DNA of 64,000 nt from contig DATJGD010000063.1 in NCBI GenBank assembly GCA_035495255.1, forward strand, positions 1 to 64,000, in the 5' to 3' direction. Each line of letters begins with the position of its first letter. Position 1 is the first letter of the stretch. Below the pieces are notes generated by a model. It ran no database searches and was not told the origin of the DNA. It saw only the letters and a program-made list of their open reading frames with translations. Shown piece by piece: positions 1 through 7,909 of the stretch. Source of the stretch: Bacteroidota bacterium. Lineage in GTDB: Bacteria; Bacteroidota; Ignavibacteria; UBA10030; SZUA-254. The position numbers and the translations under genes are program-made.

Positions 1-35
1 CAATTCAATCCGATATCAGTTGAGCGAAAAATGCC

Positions 36-1085
36 TTAGCCCTCGGTCGCGGCAAAAATATTATGATTCTTATCTATGGCGATTGATGAAACAAACGTAT
101 TCGTAATCCCTGTGTTTGATTGTACCCAGGTATTCCCATAGTTTGTTGACCGAAAAATGCCGCCTTTAAACGTGCCCGCATATATGTTGTCCGAGGAGTC
201 GATGTACATCGCGTACACGATGAGATGGGTTAGACCAGCGTTGACCTGTATCCAGCTGTCCCCGTTATCCGAAGATTTATAAATTCCGTTGTAAGGGCTT
301 CCTACGAAGATATTGTCGTTTGAAGCTATTTGTAATGGGCTGGCATAATTAGAGGGCAAACCCTTACTCGCCTTTGACCAATTCTTTCCGTTGTCCTGCG
401 AACGGTAGATCCCAAAAGGTACCCCTGCAAAAATGTCTCCTTGGGAATTAATTGCGAGGGCGCGTACATCAAAAAAGTCTGAGCCGTTTGTAAGATGTAT
501 CCATTTGTGGCCATCGTTTTTTGATACGTATATGCCCTCATTACCCGTTCCTATATAAATATGTCCATGTCTATCAAAGGCAAATGAAAAAACTATTGCG
601 GGATATGTCAGGCCCCGGTTCATTTCGTTCCAAGACTTGCCGTTATCGTCAGACCTGAATACTCCGTTGCTCGTTCCCGCGAGAAGATGCTTATGAGTAT
701 CCATAGCAAGCGTCCAAACACGCAAATTTGATAAACCGCTGTTCGCGGGCCTCCAGGTTCTTCCGTTGTCTGACGATGTGAAAATACCATCTCCGTCGGT
801 TCCGGCGAACAGGATTCCTTGAGAGGCTACTAAAAGTGACTGAACTTCCTGTGTGATTCCGCTATCTGTTTCAATCCATTTTCCCGCCCGGTCTGCTGAA
901 TGAAATACCATCCTATTTTCAGTAGCCGCGTAAAGATCTTTGCCATTACCTGAAATTCCATGGACGGTGCCTCCATACGGTCCGTTCGTTCGTTGCCAAA
1001 ACGGTATTTGACTCAATGCCAGGTTACAAAATAAGGATGCAAGGAGTAATAGCTTAGGTAGGATTCTCTCCAGACGTGGATACAT
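36..1085 (-). CDS. Secreted BNR/Asp-box repeat beta-propeller protein (Ycf48/sialidase-like). True start is MYPRLERIL at 1085; the listed ORF 36..1238 is over-extended at its N-terminus.
   Basis: There are at least five SxDxGxxW Asp-box repeats (SDNGRTW, SDDNGKSW, SQDNGKNW, SSDNGDSW, STNYGNTW). An N-terminal signal peptide is present. The ATG overlaps the TAA of the upstream gene as TAATG. Confidence 0.6.
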   Translation of the reverse strand: MYPRLERILPKLLLLASLFCNLALSQIPFWQRTNGPYGGTVHGISGNGKDLYAATENRMVFHSADRAGKWIETDSGITQEVQSLLVASQGILFAGTDGDGIFTSSDNGRTWRPANSGLSNLRVWTLAMDTHKHLLAGTSNGVFRSDDNGKSWNEMNRGLTYPAIVFSFAFDRHGHIYIGTGNEGIYVSKNDGHKWIHLTNGSDFFDVRALAINSQGDIFAGVPFGIYRSQDNGKNWSKASKGLPSNYASPLQIASNDNIFVGSPYNGIYKSSDNGDSWIQVNAGLTHLIVYAMYIDSSDNIYAGTFKGGIFRSTNYGNTWVQSNTGITNTFVSSIAIDKNHNIFAATEG

Positions 1086-1408
1086 TACCCCATGCCGACT
1101 TTCTTTCTCGCCGCCTCGGACATCATTCCCGTGTGCCACTGCGGTTCCCAGACGATGCGGATATCGCATTCGTGGACGCCCGGAAGGTCGAGTACCCGCT
1201 CGCGCGCCATGTTCGAGATCGCTCCCCCCATGCCGCATCCGGGGGTTGTCAGCGTCATTTTTACACCTACCCAGTCATCGATGATCTTAACGTCGTACAC
1301 CAGGCCAAGCTCGACGATATTTACCGGGATCTCGGGATCGTACACTTCCCGTAAAGCTTCGATGACCTGCGATTCCGTGATTTCTGTGGCGGATTTCTCT
1401 TCGTTCAT
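1085..1408 (-). CDS. DUF59 / MIP18-family Fe-S cluster assembly protein (SufT-like)
   Basis: 107 aa. The sequence carries the conserved DUF59 signature (EALREVYDPEIPVNIVELGLVY ... TTPGCG) typical of SufT/PaaD-like proteins. Confidence 0.6.
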   Translation of the reverse strand: MNEEKSATEITESQVIEALREVYDPEIPVNIVELGLVYDVKIIDDWVGVKMTLTTPGCGMGGAISNMARERVLDLPGVHECDIRIVWEPQWHTGMMSEAARKKVGMG

Positions 1409-1487
1409 GATTTTTCAAAGATATTACAATAAAAATGTAAGCGATTTATCGAAGGATTGCAACCCGCAGCCCGGACGACTAATCTGC

Positions 1488-2504
1488 TTACGCAAGATCG
1501 AGAATCGTTTCGCGGCCGCCGTCGCGAATAACGGCAATGCACCGTATTGCATCAGATTGGCGGATGATGTTCCTGGATTTGTCAATCCCCAGGACAAACA
1601 TGCCTGTTGAGAGCGCGTCAGCTCCACTAGCTGTCGGAGCGATGACGGTGCTGCTCAGGATCTTCGAGGCCGTTCTTCCGCTCGCCGGATCGAGAATGTG
1701 GCCGATACTCCCGCCGTCCGCTTCAATACTATTCTCGTAGTTTCCCGACGTTGAGAGGGCCTGATCACGAATCGTTACGCTCGTTATGATGTTCTCAGGT
1801 TCCATGGGATCGACAATTCCGACTTCCCATGCCTCTTCATCCGGTGGGGCGCCCAGGGCATATATATCCCCGCTGTGATTGACGAGCGCGGACTCGATTC
1901 CATGTTCTTTCAGAATTGTGATCGCTCTATCGATTGCAAAGCCTACGGCAATTCCTCCAAGGTCTAATTTCGTCTGAGCATACCGTAGATTCACCGTTGA
2001 GCGGCTGGCATCAACTGCGACATTACGCATTCCCACCGCGTCGAGTGTGATCGCTATTTGCTTATCTGTGGGAAAATGGTGAATGCTCTTGTCGTCACGA
2101 AATCCGTACAGCTCCATCAAAGGTTCTACCGTGATATCGAACGCACCGCCGGTCAATGCGCTATATTTTTTCGCGCTTTGCAGGACCTCGATAATTCTCG
2201 TATCGACGACGAGTTCCTTATCGAACGCACGATTATTTACAGCAGACAATTGGCTCTGTTCGTCGAACACGCTCATCAGCCTGTCGACTGATTTCATTTC
2301 GCTGATCGCTTCATCGATCGCCAGGTTGCAGCGCGCTTCGTCACCACAGTACGCCTTGAACGTAACGATGCTTCCCATCGCAAATGCCGCCCGTTCGACA
2401 TACCGCATCGGAGTGATGGTCTTCGCGAACGATTGGAAGGGCCGGAGTGTCGTGCCGAGGAGCAGTCCCGTCGAGAGCTTTAAAAATGTCCGGCGGGAAT
2501 TCAT
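1488..2504 (-). CDS. apbE: FAD:protein FMN transferase ApbE (periplasmic flavin transferase), Tat signal
   Basis: 338 aa. The N-terminus has an RRTFLK twin-arginine motif. Overall similarity is to the ApbE family (..GGIAVGFAIDRA.., ..SGNYE..). Its ATG overlaps the stop of the upstream 4-TM gene as ATGA. Confidence 0.8.
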   Translation of the reverse strand: MNSRRTFLKLSTGLLLGTTLRPFQSFAKTITPMRYVERAAFAMGSIVTFKAYCGDEARCNLAIDEAISEMKSVDRLMSVFDEQSQLSAVNNRAFDKELVVDTRIIEVLQSAKKYSALTGGAFDITVEPLMELYGFRDDKSIHHFPTDKQIAITLDAVGMRNVAVDASRSTVNLRYAQTKLDLGGIAVGFAIDRAITILKEHGIESALVNHSGDIYALGAPPDEEAWEVGIVDPMEPENIITSVTIRDQALSTSGNYENSIEADGGSIGHILDPASGRTASKILSSTVIAPTASGADALSTGMFVLGIDKSRNIIRQSDAIRCIAVIRDGGRETILDLA

Positions 2505-2995
2505 TTACGTATCCAGAGGTCCTTTAAAATAAGAAGGACCATGATGACGTAGCACGCCACCATCGAGATGCCCGAGAGGAGGACCATCCAGCTGAAATAC
2601 TCCGACACGAACCGCATCAGCCAGATTCCTCCGAATGTTGTGCCGATCGCGCCAAACGGCTCAACCAACAGGATGTCTTTGAATACGCCCGGCCGGAGAG
2701 AATGAAAATAAAAGATCGCGCCCACCGCGGCAAACACGAGTGAGAGCGATAGAATATGATTGTGGAGGAAGATATACATCTCATCGGCGCTCTTCGCGTA
2801 TTTCAGCTCCGCCGATTCCACGTTCTCCGGCGTACCCCGGAAATGTTCGCTTAAACCCCTGGTTGTGCCCGATGTGGTGTGGTCCACGAACAAGAGCCCG
2901 ATGGCATATCCCGAGCTGAGCACGATGAGGAATGCCGTAATAAATAACCGCAGCGTACGGTCCGCATCGCGCAGAGTCCAGCGCTGTCCGTTCAT
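2501..2995 (-). CDS. His-rich 4-TM membrane protein (DUF4405-like, putative b-type cytochrome / transmembrane electron carrier)
   Basis: 164 aa with four predicted TM helices. His residues sit at the helix ends (VDHTT, LHNHIL, FYFHSL). It lies between the FMN-binding protein and ApbE, and its start overlaps the FMN-binding gene's stop as TAATG. Confidence 0.45.
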   Translation of the reverse strand: MNGQRWTLRDADRTLRLFITAFLIVLSSGYAIGLLFVDHTTSGTTRGLSEHFRGTPENVESAELKYAKSADEMYIFLHNHILSLSLVFAAVGAIFYFHSLRPGVFKDILLVEPFGAIGTTFGGIWLMRFVSEYFSWMVLLSGISMVACYVIMVLLILKDLWIRK

Positions 2996-3534
2996 TATAA
3001 TGTTCCCTTCAGCAAGTCGTACGTCAGAAGAATCTTCCTGACACCAGTCGTAATCGCTCTGACTGAAATAGTCGCACCGCTGATGTTCTTGATGTCCTTC
3101 CCTGGTATCAGCTTGTCGGCCGAAGATTTGTCGCGGAACTGCCTCCGGAAAGACTCGTATGCCACTTCGCCTCCATAGGATTCGCGGTACGCTAAAATGT
3201 CGACATCCTGCACCTTGCCGTCGGTGTTTATCCCCGTGAGGTAGGTGATGAATTGGACCTTCCCTTTTACATCGTCGACAAATCCGTATCCCACGGTCTT
3301 CTGATGCGCTGAACATACGTAGACCTGCAGGGAATCGCGCTGCCATCTGCTGTGTGAGAGCCGTGCGATCGAATCTATCTCTGAACCAGACAGCCTTCGC
3401 CACGAAGAAGAGATGGCCGCTGAGTCTCCGAACATTTTGTGAAGTCCGGCTTTCGCCTTGTCTTCAATCGTCGATTGTCCCCGCGAGCTTGCTGCGAAGG
3501 CAATGAAACACAGGAAGCAGAGGAGCGATTTCAT
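2995..3534 (-). CDS. Secreted FMN-binding domain protein (FMN_bind; predicted ApbE flavinylation substrate)
   Basis: 179 aa with a signal peptide. The C-terminal motif DIKNISGATISVRAITTG matches the Dxx(S/T)GAT(S/T) flavinylation motif found in RnfG/NqrC/NosR-type FMN_bind domains. Confidence 0.65.
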   Translation of the reverse strand: MKSLLCFLCFIAFAASSRGQSTIEDKAKAGLHKMFGDSAAISSSWRRLSGSEIDSIARLSHSRWQRDSLQVYVCSAHQKTVGYGFVDDVKGKVQFITYLTGINTDGKVQDVDILAYRESYGGEVAYESFRRQFRDKSSADKLIPGKDIKNISGATISVRAITTGVRKILLTYDLLKGTL

Positions 3535-3536
3535 TC

Positions 3537-4646
3537 TCAGAAACTATATCCTATTCCGAAGTTCAGCTGTTTCGTGTTGACATCTGCGGCATTGTTGAAA
3601 AATTGATAGTCAATCTTAAACGCCGTGTTGAATGTCGGCTTGAAGGTAGCGCCGACGGTGGTGACATTCCGGTCGTAGAGCGGGTTTGCCGCAAATCCCG
3701 TGACTTTCGCCTGGGTATTGAATTTTTCGCAGCGGATAAACGGGGAGAGTGAAAATTCACTTTCGGCGCATAAGAGAGGCATCACGTCGTAGGCGCCTTC
3801 GATATAATAACCGTAGATCTGATCGGCGACATCGTTGCCATACACAGCGTTAATCTTGTCGGCGTCGCTGATGGCGGCAAAAGCGCCGACGGCCCGGAAC
3901 GTGAAACCGTTGGTGGAATACTGTGCATTGGCGGAGACGAGACCGACCGTCCCGCTTCCAAGCGCGGAATCACCTTCCGTTGTGCTGCCGACAAAAAACG
4001 AAGCGCCAAGCTTGAGGTCGGTGTTGGGTACGACATCGATGCGGCCTGTGATCGAGGGATTCATCGGCGAACTCTCGAGCGCTTCCTGGCGGCTTCCACG
4101 AAGGCCCTCTTCGCCGGACAAACCTTCAGCCCTGAGCCCCGCCATGGCGTATAATTGGTATGACGTGTTTTCCGCAAACGATCCGTAAATGCCTGCACCG
4201 GCTTCTCTCCACGTTGTCGGGATAACGACATCATCGACGCTGGGCCGTTCGACCCCGTTAAATGTCGGGGGCTCGTGGATTTGATTGATAACTCCGATAG
4301 GGGCAAGAATGATTCCGGCCTTCATCCCGAGATGTTCGGAAAAATGCCAGTCGAGGTATGCCTGCTCGATCGCGACCTCTCCTCCTTCAGCGCCGCCGGA
4401 ACCGGTCGCCTCGATCTTCGTGTGCTCAATTTCCACTTCCGACTTAAATGAAATCTTTTCATTAAACGTATGCCCCAGGTACAGGACGAACCGGTGAAAA
4501 TCGAGCGTTCCGCGGGCAGCCCCGTCCGGTTCATTGTAGTGCAGCTCGCCGTAGCCGCCGATGCTGGTGGTTTCCTGCGCGGAGGCAGCGAGAGTAAATG
4601 ACAGAGCGATGAACATGAGTGAAGTACGGCGTAGAAAGTTTTGCAT
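3537..4646 (-). CDS. Outer-membrane beta-barrel porin-like protein (start at MQNFLRR)
   Basis: It has a signal peptide ending ..AASAQ. The sequence shows an alternating amphipathic beta-strand pattern that is Gly/Ser/Thr/Tyr rich. The C-terminus ends in ..GIGYSF with an aromatic residue, as in OM barrels. Confidence 0.55.
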   Translation of the reverse strand: MQNFLRRTSLMFIALSFTLAASAQETTSIGGYGELHYNEPDGAARGTLDFHRFVLYLGHTFNEKISFKSEVEIEHTKIEATGSGGAEGGEVAIEQAYLDWHFSEHLGMKAGIILAPIGVINQIHEPPTFNGVERPSVDDVVIPTTWREAGAGIYGSFAENTSYQLYAMAGLRAEGLSGEEGLRGSRQEALESSPMNPSITGRIDVVPNTDLKLGASFFVGSTTEGDSALGSGTVGLVSANAQYSTNGFTFRAVGAFAAISDADKINAVYGNDVADQIYGYYIEGAYDVMPLLCAESEFSLSPFIRCEKFNTQAKVTGFAANPLYDRNVTTVGATFKPTFNTAFKIDYQFFNNAADVNTKQLNFGIGYSF

Positions 4647-4705
4647 TGGCAGCTTCCGTAAGTGAGTAATCGTGGTATGGAATAATGGTGACAAGGAGAA
4701 GAGCA

Positions 4706-5986
4706 CTATTGCTCTTTTGTCACGTCGAAATATTTTCTCTGTTTCTGCAAATCGACAACACGAATTTCTATATTTCCCTCATGAAGGCGCGAAGCGAGAA
4801 AGATCGGCGCGCATCCGTTACCCTCCATCGATCCGCTGTTGGAATCGTCGGGCGGCTCATCCGTCGCCTGGCGGAGCTTGCTGAGGGGGGAGGGCGCGTC
4901 ACAGAGCGAGCAAATCAGCTCGCCATTTTTCAAATAGTACTTGCCGTAGCTGTAGCAGGCATAACATGCATCAAAGGCGGTCCCGAATTTGCCAAGGCCG
5001 AGGCGGAGAATAAAGAATCGAATCTCCAGCCCGTTGTCCTCGATGGTAAAGCGATGAATTGCATTATCGCTCACGCGGGTGATCGGTATCCTCACGACTC
5101 CGGAAGAAGGTACCGGGACTGACTCTGCCGAAAAATCCATTGAAGTGTTCGACGAGAAGATCTCTCCGACCCCGAGGAAAAGAACCAGTCCCAGGGAGGC
5201 AATCGCGGCGGAGAGCTGCCAGCGCCGCTGAGGACGTGAAGATCCCGTACCGCTGCTGCGGCCGGGAATGAAGAACATTACCGCCGGAATACACACGATC
5301 GCGATAATGAAGAGCACTTCATGCTGAACGATCGGTCCCAGGATACCCATCATGTGCGGGTTTGCGGGGAACACTCCGTACTCGTAAAACTCGTGCAGGG
5401 AGTTGACGACGAGCTGGAGCGCAAAGATCAACAATGTTATCGCCGTGACCTTGAGAAAGCGGACGATGTCGATGCGGATGCTTCCGCGGATAAAGAGTAC
5501 GGCGAAGACCACGGCGATCGAAAACCCTGCAAGCGTGCCCAGCAGGCTTCCCCATGCGTTTGTGCTCAGAGAGACCGCCTGGAGAAATATCGCCGTTTCG
5601 ATTCCTTCACGGACAATCATAAAAAACGTGAAGCTGATGATACTGAGATGTGCGCGCCACTGCCCGGATGCCTCGACGATGGTGTTCACCCGCTGTTCGA
5701 TCTCTCCTTTGATCTTTTTGCCTGTAAACCACATCCAGACAACCATGGAGATGACAAAGACTGCGGCAATAAGCTGGAAGAGGCCTTCGAGCGATTCCTG
5801 GTCGATCGCCAATTTTTGAAATATCATCGCCCCGCCGATGCTGGCGACGATTGCGAGGCAGAGCCCGAGATAGACGGAGCTGACCAGGAAGGGGCTTCCG
5901 ATCTTCTGGAGGTAGACAACGAGAATCCCTATAACAAGCGCTATTTCTATTCCCTCGCGAAGGGCGATAATTAACGATTCAACCAT
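4706..5986 (-). CDS. FTR1/EfeU-family high-affinity iron permease fused to a C-terminal Cys-rich (DUF2318-like) domain
   Basis: There are two REGIE motifs (REGIEIA, REGIETA) within TM helices, which are the hallmark of FTR1 permeases. The C-terminal ~120 aa carry CYACYSYG..CSLCD, i.e. two CxxC pairs. Confidence 0.75.
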   Translation of the reverse strand: MVESLIIALREGIEIALVIGILVVYLQKIGSPFLVSSVYLGLCLAIVASIGGAMIFQKLAIDQESLEGLFQLIAAVFVISMVVWMWFTGKKIKGEIEQRVNTIVEASGQWRAHLSIISFTFFMIVREGIETAIFLQAVSLSTNAWGSLLGTLAGFSIAVVFAVLFIRGSIRIDIVRFLKVTAITLLIFALQLVVNSLHEFYEYGVFPANPHMMGILGPIVQHEVLFIIAIVCIPAVMFFIPGRSSGTGSSRPQRRWQLSAAIASLGLVLFLGVGEIFSSNTSMDFSAESVPVPSSGVVRIPITRVSDNAIHRFTIEDNGLEIRFFILRLGLGKFGTAFDACYACYSYGKYYLKNGELICSLCDAPSPLSKLRQATDEPPDDSNSGSMEGNGCAPIFLASRLHEGNIEIRVVDLQKQRKYFDVTKEQ

Positions 5987-5989
5987 AAC

Positions 5990-6436
5990 CTAAGATTTTT
6001 TCTTCGATTGGCACTTTGCGCATGTCCCGAAAATCTGAAGAGAGGAATTGCGCGGGCGAAATCTTTTCTCCTCACACACTTCCCGTTGGATCTTTTCGAG
6101 CTTATCATTGACAAATTCGATTATTTCGCCGCAATCGAGGCAAATGAGATGGTCATGACGGGGCCGGCCAAATGCTTTTTCGTACCGGGAATGATCCTCG
6201 CCAAATTGGAGCCGTGAAATCAATCCGCATTCGACAAGGAGGTCGAGGGTATTATAGACGGTGGCACGCGAGGCCTTCAGTCCTTTTTGGTTGAGAGAGG
6301 CGAACAACTGATCGGCATCAAAATGCCCGTTCGATTGCATTATCTGTTCGAGAAGAAGAAACCGCTCCTTTGTAGGGCGCAGCCTCTTTTCTTTCAAATA
6401 TGACGATAGTGTGGTTTTTGCAGCTTCGATATCCAA
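5990..6436 (-). CDS. fur: Ferric uptake regulator Fur (TTG start)
   Basis: An N-terminal winged helix is present. The HDHLICLDCGEIIEF block is nearly identical to the E. coli Fur metal-site block. There is a C-terminal CxxC. Confidence 0.8.
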   Translation of the reverse strand: MDIEAAKTTLSSYLKEKRLRPTKERFLLLEQIMQSNGHFDADQLFASLNQKGLKASRATVYNTLDLLVECGLISRLQFGEDHSRYEKAFGRPRHDHLICLDCGEIIEFVNDKLEKIQREVCEEKRFRPRNSSLQIFGTCAKCQSKKKS

Positions 6437-6450
6437 GAGAGGGACCTTCT

Positions 6451-6465
6451 TTAGACTTAGTCTAA
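6451..6465. promoter_or_regulatory. 7-1-7 inverted repeat TTAGACT-T-AGTCTAA, 15 nt upstream of fur. It overlaps the predicted -7 box and +1 of the fur operon, making it a candidate Fur-family operator.
   Basis: It is a near-perfect palindrome. The 7-1-7 architecture matches that of Fur/PerR/Zur boxes. A minus-strand TAtaTTTA -7-like element sits at 6463-6470. Confidence 0.35.
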
Positions 6466-6649
6466 ATATAAATAATTAAAACAGAAATTACAAATTGCGT
6501 CTTAACCGCGGAATACGGGAAGTGGATTTAAAGAAAGGGCGGATCAGACTGACTGAAAACACTCCGTAACACCCCTCAAAAGCGTCCCAAAAAGGGCAAT
6601 TATCCCATAGAATCCAGAACCCTCAAAAATCTTCAATTTTCCAAAGATT

Positions 6650-6690
6650 TTTCTTGCTTAATTTTGCAAATTTTATATATTTGTGCATCA
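6650..6690 (+). promoter_or_regulatory. Bacteroidetes-type sigma-A promoter (TTG ... TATATTTG) for the DHS-like gene
   Basis: TATATTTG lies at 6676-6683 and TTG about 20 nt upstream. This fits the -33 TTTG / -7 TAnnTTTG pattern. Confidence 0.3.
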
Positions 6691-6719
6691 TTAAACGTTT
6701 ACCTATTTAATATATTTAA

Positions 6720-7835
6720 GTGAAGCAGGATAAGAATAAGCATATCAAGGGCAGACCGATCGTTCCGAAGCCGGTCCCCAAGAATGTCCCCGTTACGAAG
6801 CTCGTAGACGAATATTTTCAAGCATATAATGCAGGCAGATTGAGGGAAGCATGCCATCTTTTCTCGCACAAAATGCTTGCAAAGGATGTAACAGTGGGAA
6901 TGAGCCTCACGGGTGCCTTAACTCCTGCCGGATTAGGCGGTTCATGCATCGTACCGCTCATGAAAGCCGGATATGTCGATTGGATCGTCAGCACAGGCGC
7001 GAACTTGTATCATGATACACACTTCGCTATAGGCCATACGCTTCATCGCGGAACGCCGTTTTCAGACGATCGATTGCTTCGCCAGCGCGGGATTATCAGG
7101 ATTTATGATATCGTATTCGATTATGAGGTGCTGCTCTCAACCGACGCCTACTTCAGGACACTTCTTCGATTGCCCGAATTTCAACGGGAAATGGGGACTG
7201 CAGAGCTTCATTACCGTTTGGGAAAATACATCGCAGCTCGCGAAAAAGTCCTCGGCATCAAGCACAGCAGCGTGATTGCGACGGCCTATCGATGCGGTGT
7301 TCCTATCTATACTTCTTCGCCCGGGGACAGCTCAATCGGCATGAATATCGCCGAAGTCGCGTTGACCGGCCATAAAATCAGAATTGACGTGCTCCTCGAT
7401 GTCAATGAGACGGCTGCGATCGTCCTGGATGCGAAACGCAAAGGGGGAAAGAGCGGCGTTCTCATCATGGGTGGAGGGTCGCCGAAGAATTTTGTCCTTC
7501 AGACCGAACCGCAGATTCAGGAAGTCTTGAAGATCGATGAGAAAGGGCATGATTTTTATCTCCAGGTGACCGATGCCCGTCCCGATACCGGCGGCCTTTC
7601 AGGCGCCACGCCGGCCGAGGCTGTTACATGGGGAAAAGTCGATCCGGATAAGCTGCCCGACGCCGTTGTGGCGTATCTCGACTCGACGATTGCGCTGCCG
7701 ATTATGACGTCGTATGCCCTCGCGAATGCCAAGCCGAGAAAGCTCAAGCGGCTTTACGATCAACGAAGGATTCTGGTCGCGAATCTCTATGACGAATATC
7801 AAAAAGTGTTGCGTCGCAAGAAAAAAATTAAATAA
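6720..7835 (+). CDS. Deoxyhypusine synthase-like protein (DHS family), GTG start
   Basis: 371 aa. It has the DHS-family blocks [15 protein letters not shown] and MGGGSPKNF, and its length matches the family. Confidence 0.6.
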   Translation: MKQDKNKHIKGRPIVPKPVPKNVPVTKLVDEYFQAYNAGRLREACHLFSHKMLAKDVTVGMSLTGALTPAGLGGSCIVPLMKAGYVDWIVSTGANLYHDTHFAIGHTLHRGTPFSDDRLLRQRGIIRIYDIVFDYEVLLSTDAYFRTLLRLPEFQREMGTAELHYRLGKYIAAREKVLGIKHSSVIATAYRCGVPIYTSSPGDSSIGMNIAEVALTGHKIRIDVLLDVNETAAIVLDAKRKGGKSGVLIMGGGSPKNFVLQTEPQIQEVLKIDEKGHDFYLQVTDARPDTGGLSGATPAEAVTWGKVDPDKLPDAVVAYLDSTIALPIMTSYALANAKPRKLKRLYDQRRILVANLYDEYQKVLRRKKKIK

Positions 7836-7909
7836 CAACATAATCAAATCCCAAAAGGACTCGCCAATCAAATGGCGGGGAAAATTCATCCACATCATGG
7901 AGGGAAAAC

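Noticed and set aside
36-1238. 400-aa version of the BNR ORF
   Set aside because: The N-terminal 51 codons overlap the DUF59 gene. A signal peptide begins at MYPRL (1085), with the TAATG junction.
2501-3403. 300-aa version of the 4-TM ORF
   Set aside because: The upstream part overlaps the FMN_bind gene in another frame. The hydrophobic protein starts at MNGQRW (2995).
4685-5974. Plus-strand ORFs of 145, 217 and 138 aa
   Set aside because: They are antisense to the FTR1 permease gene.
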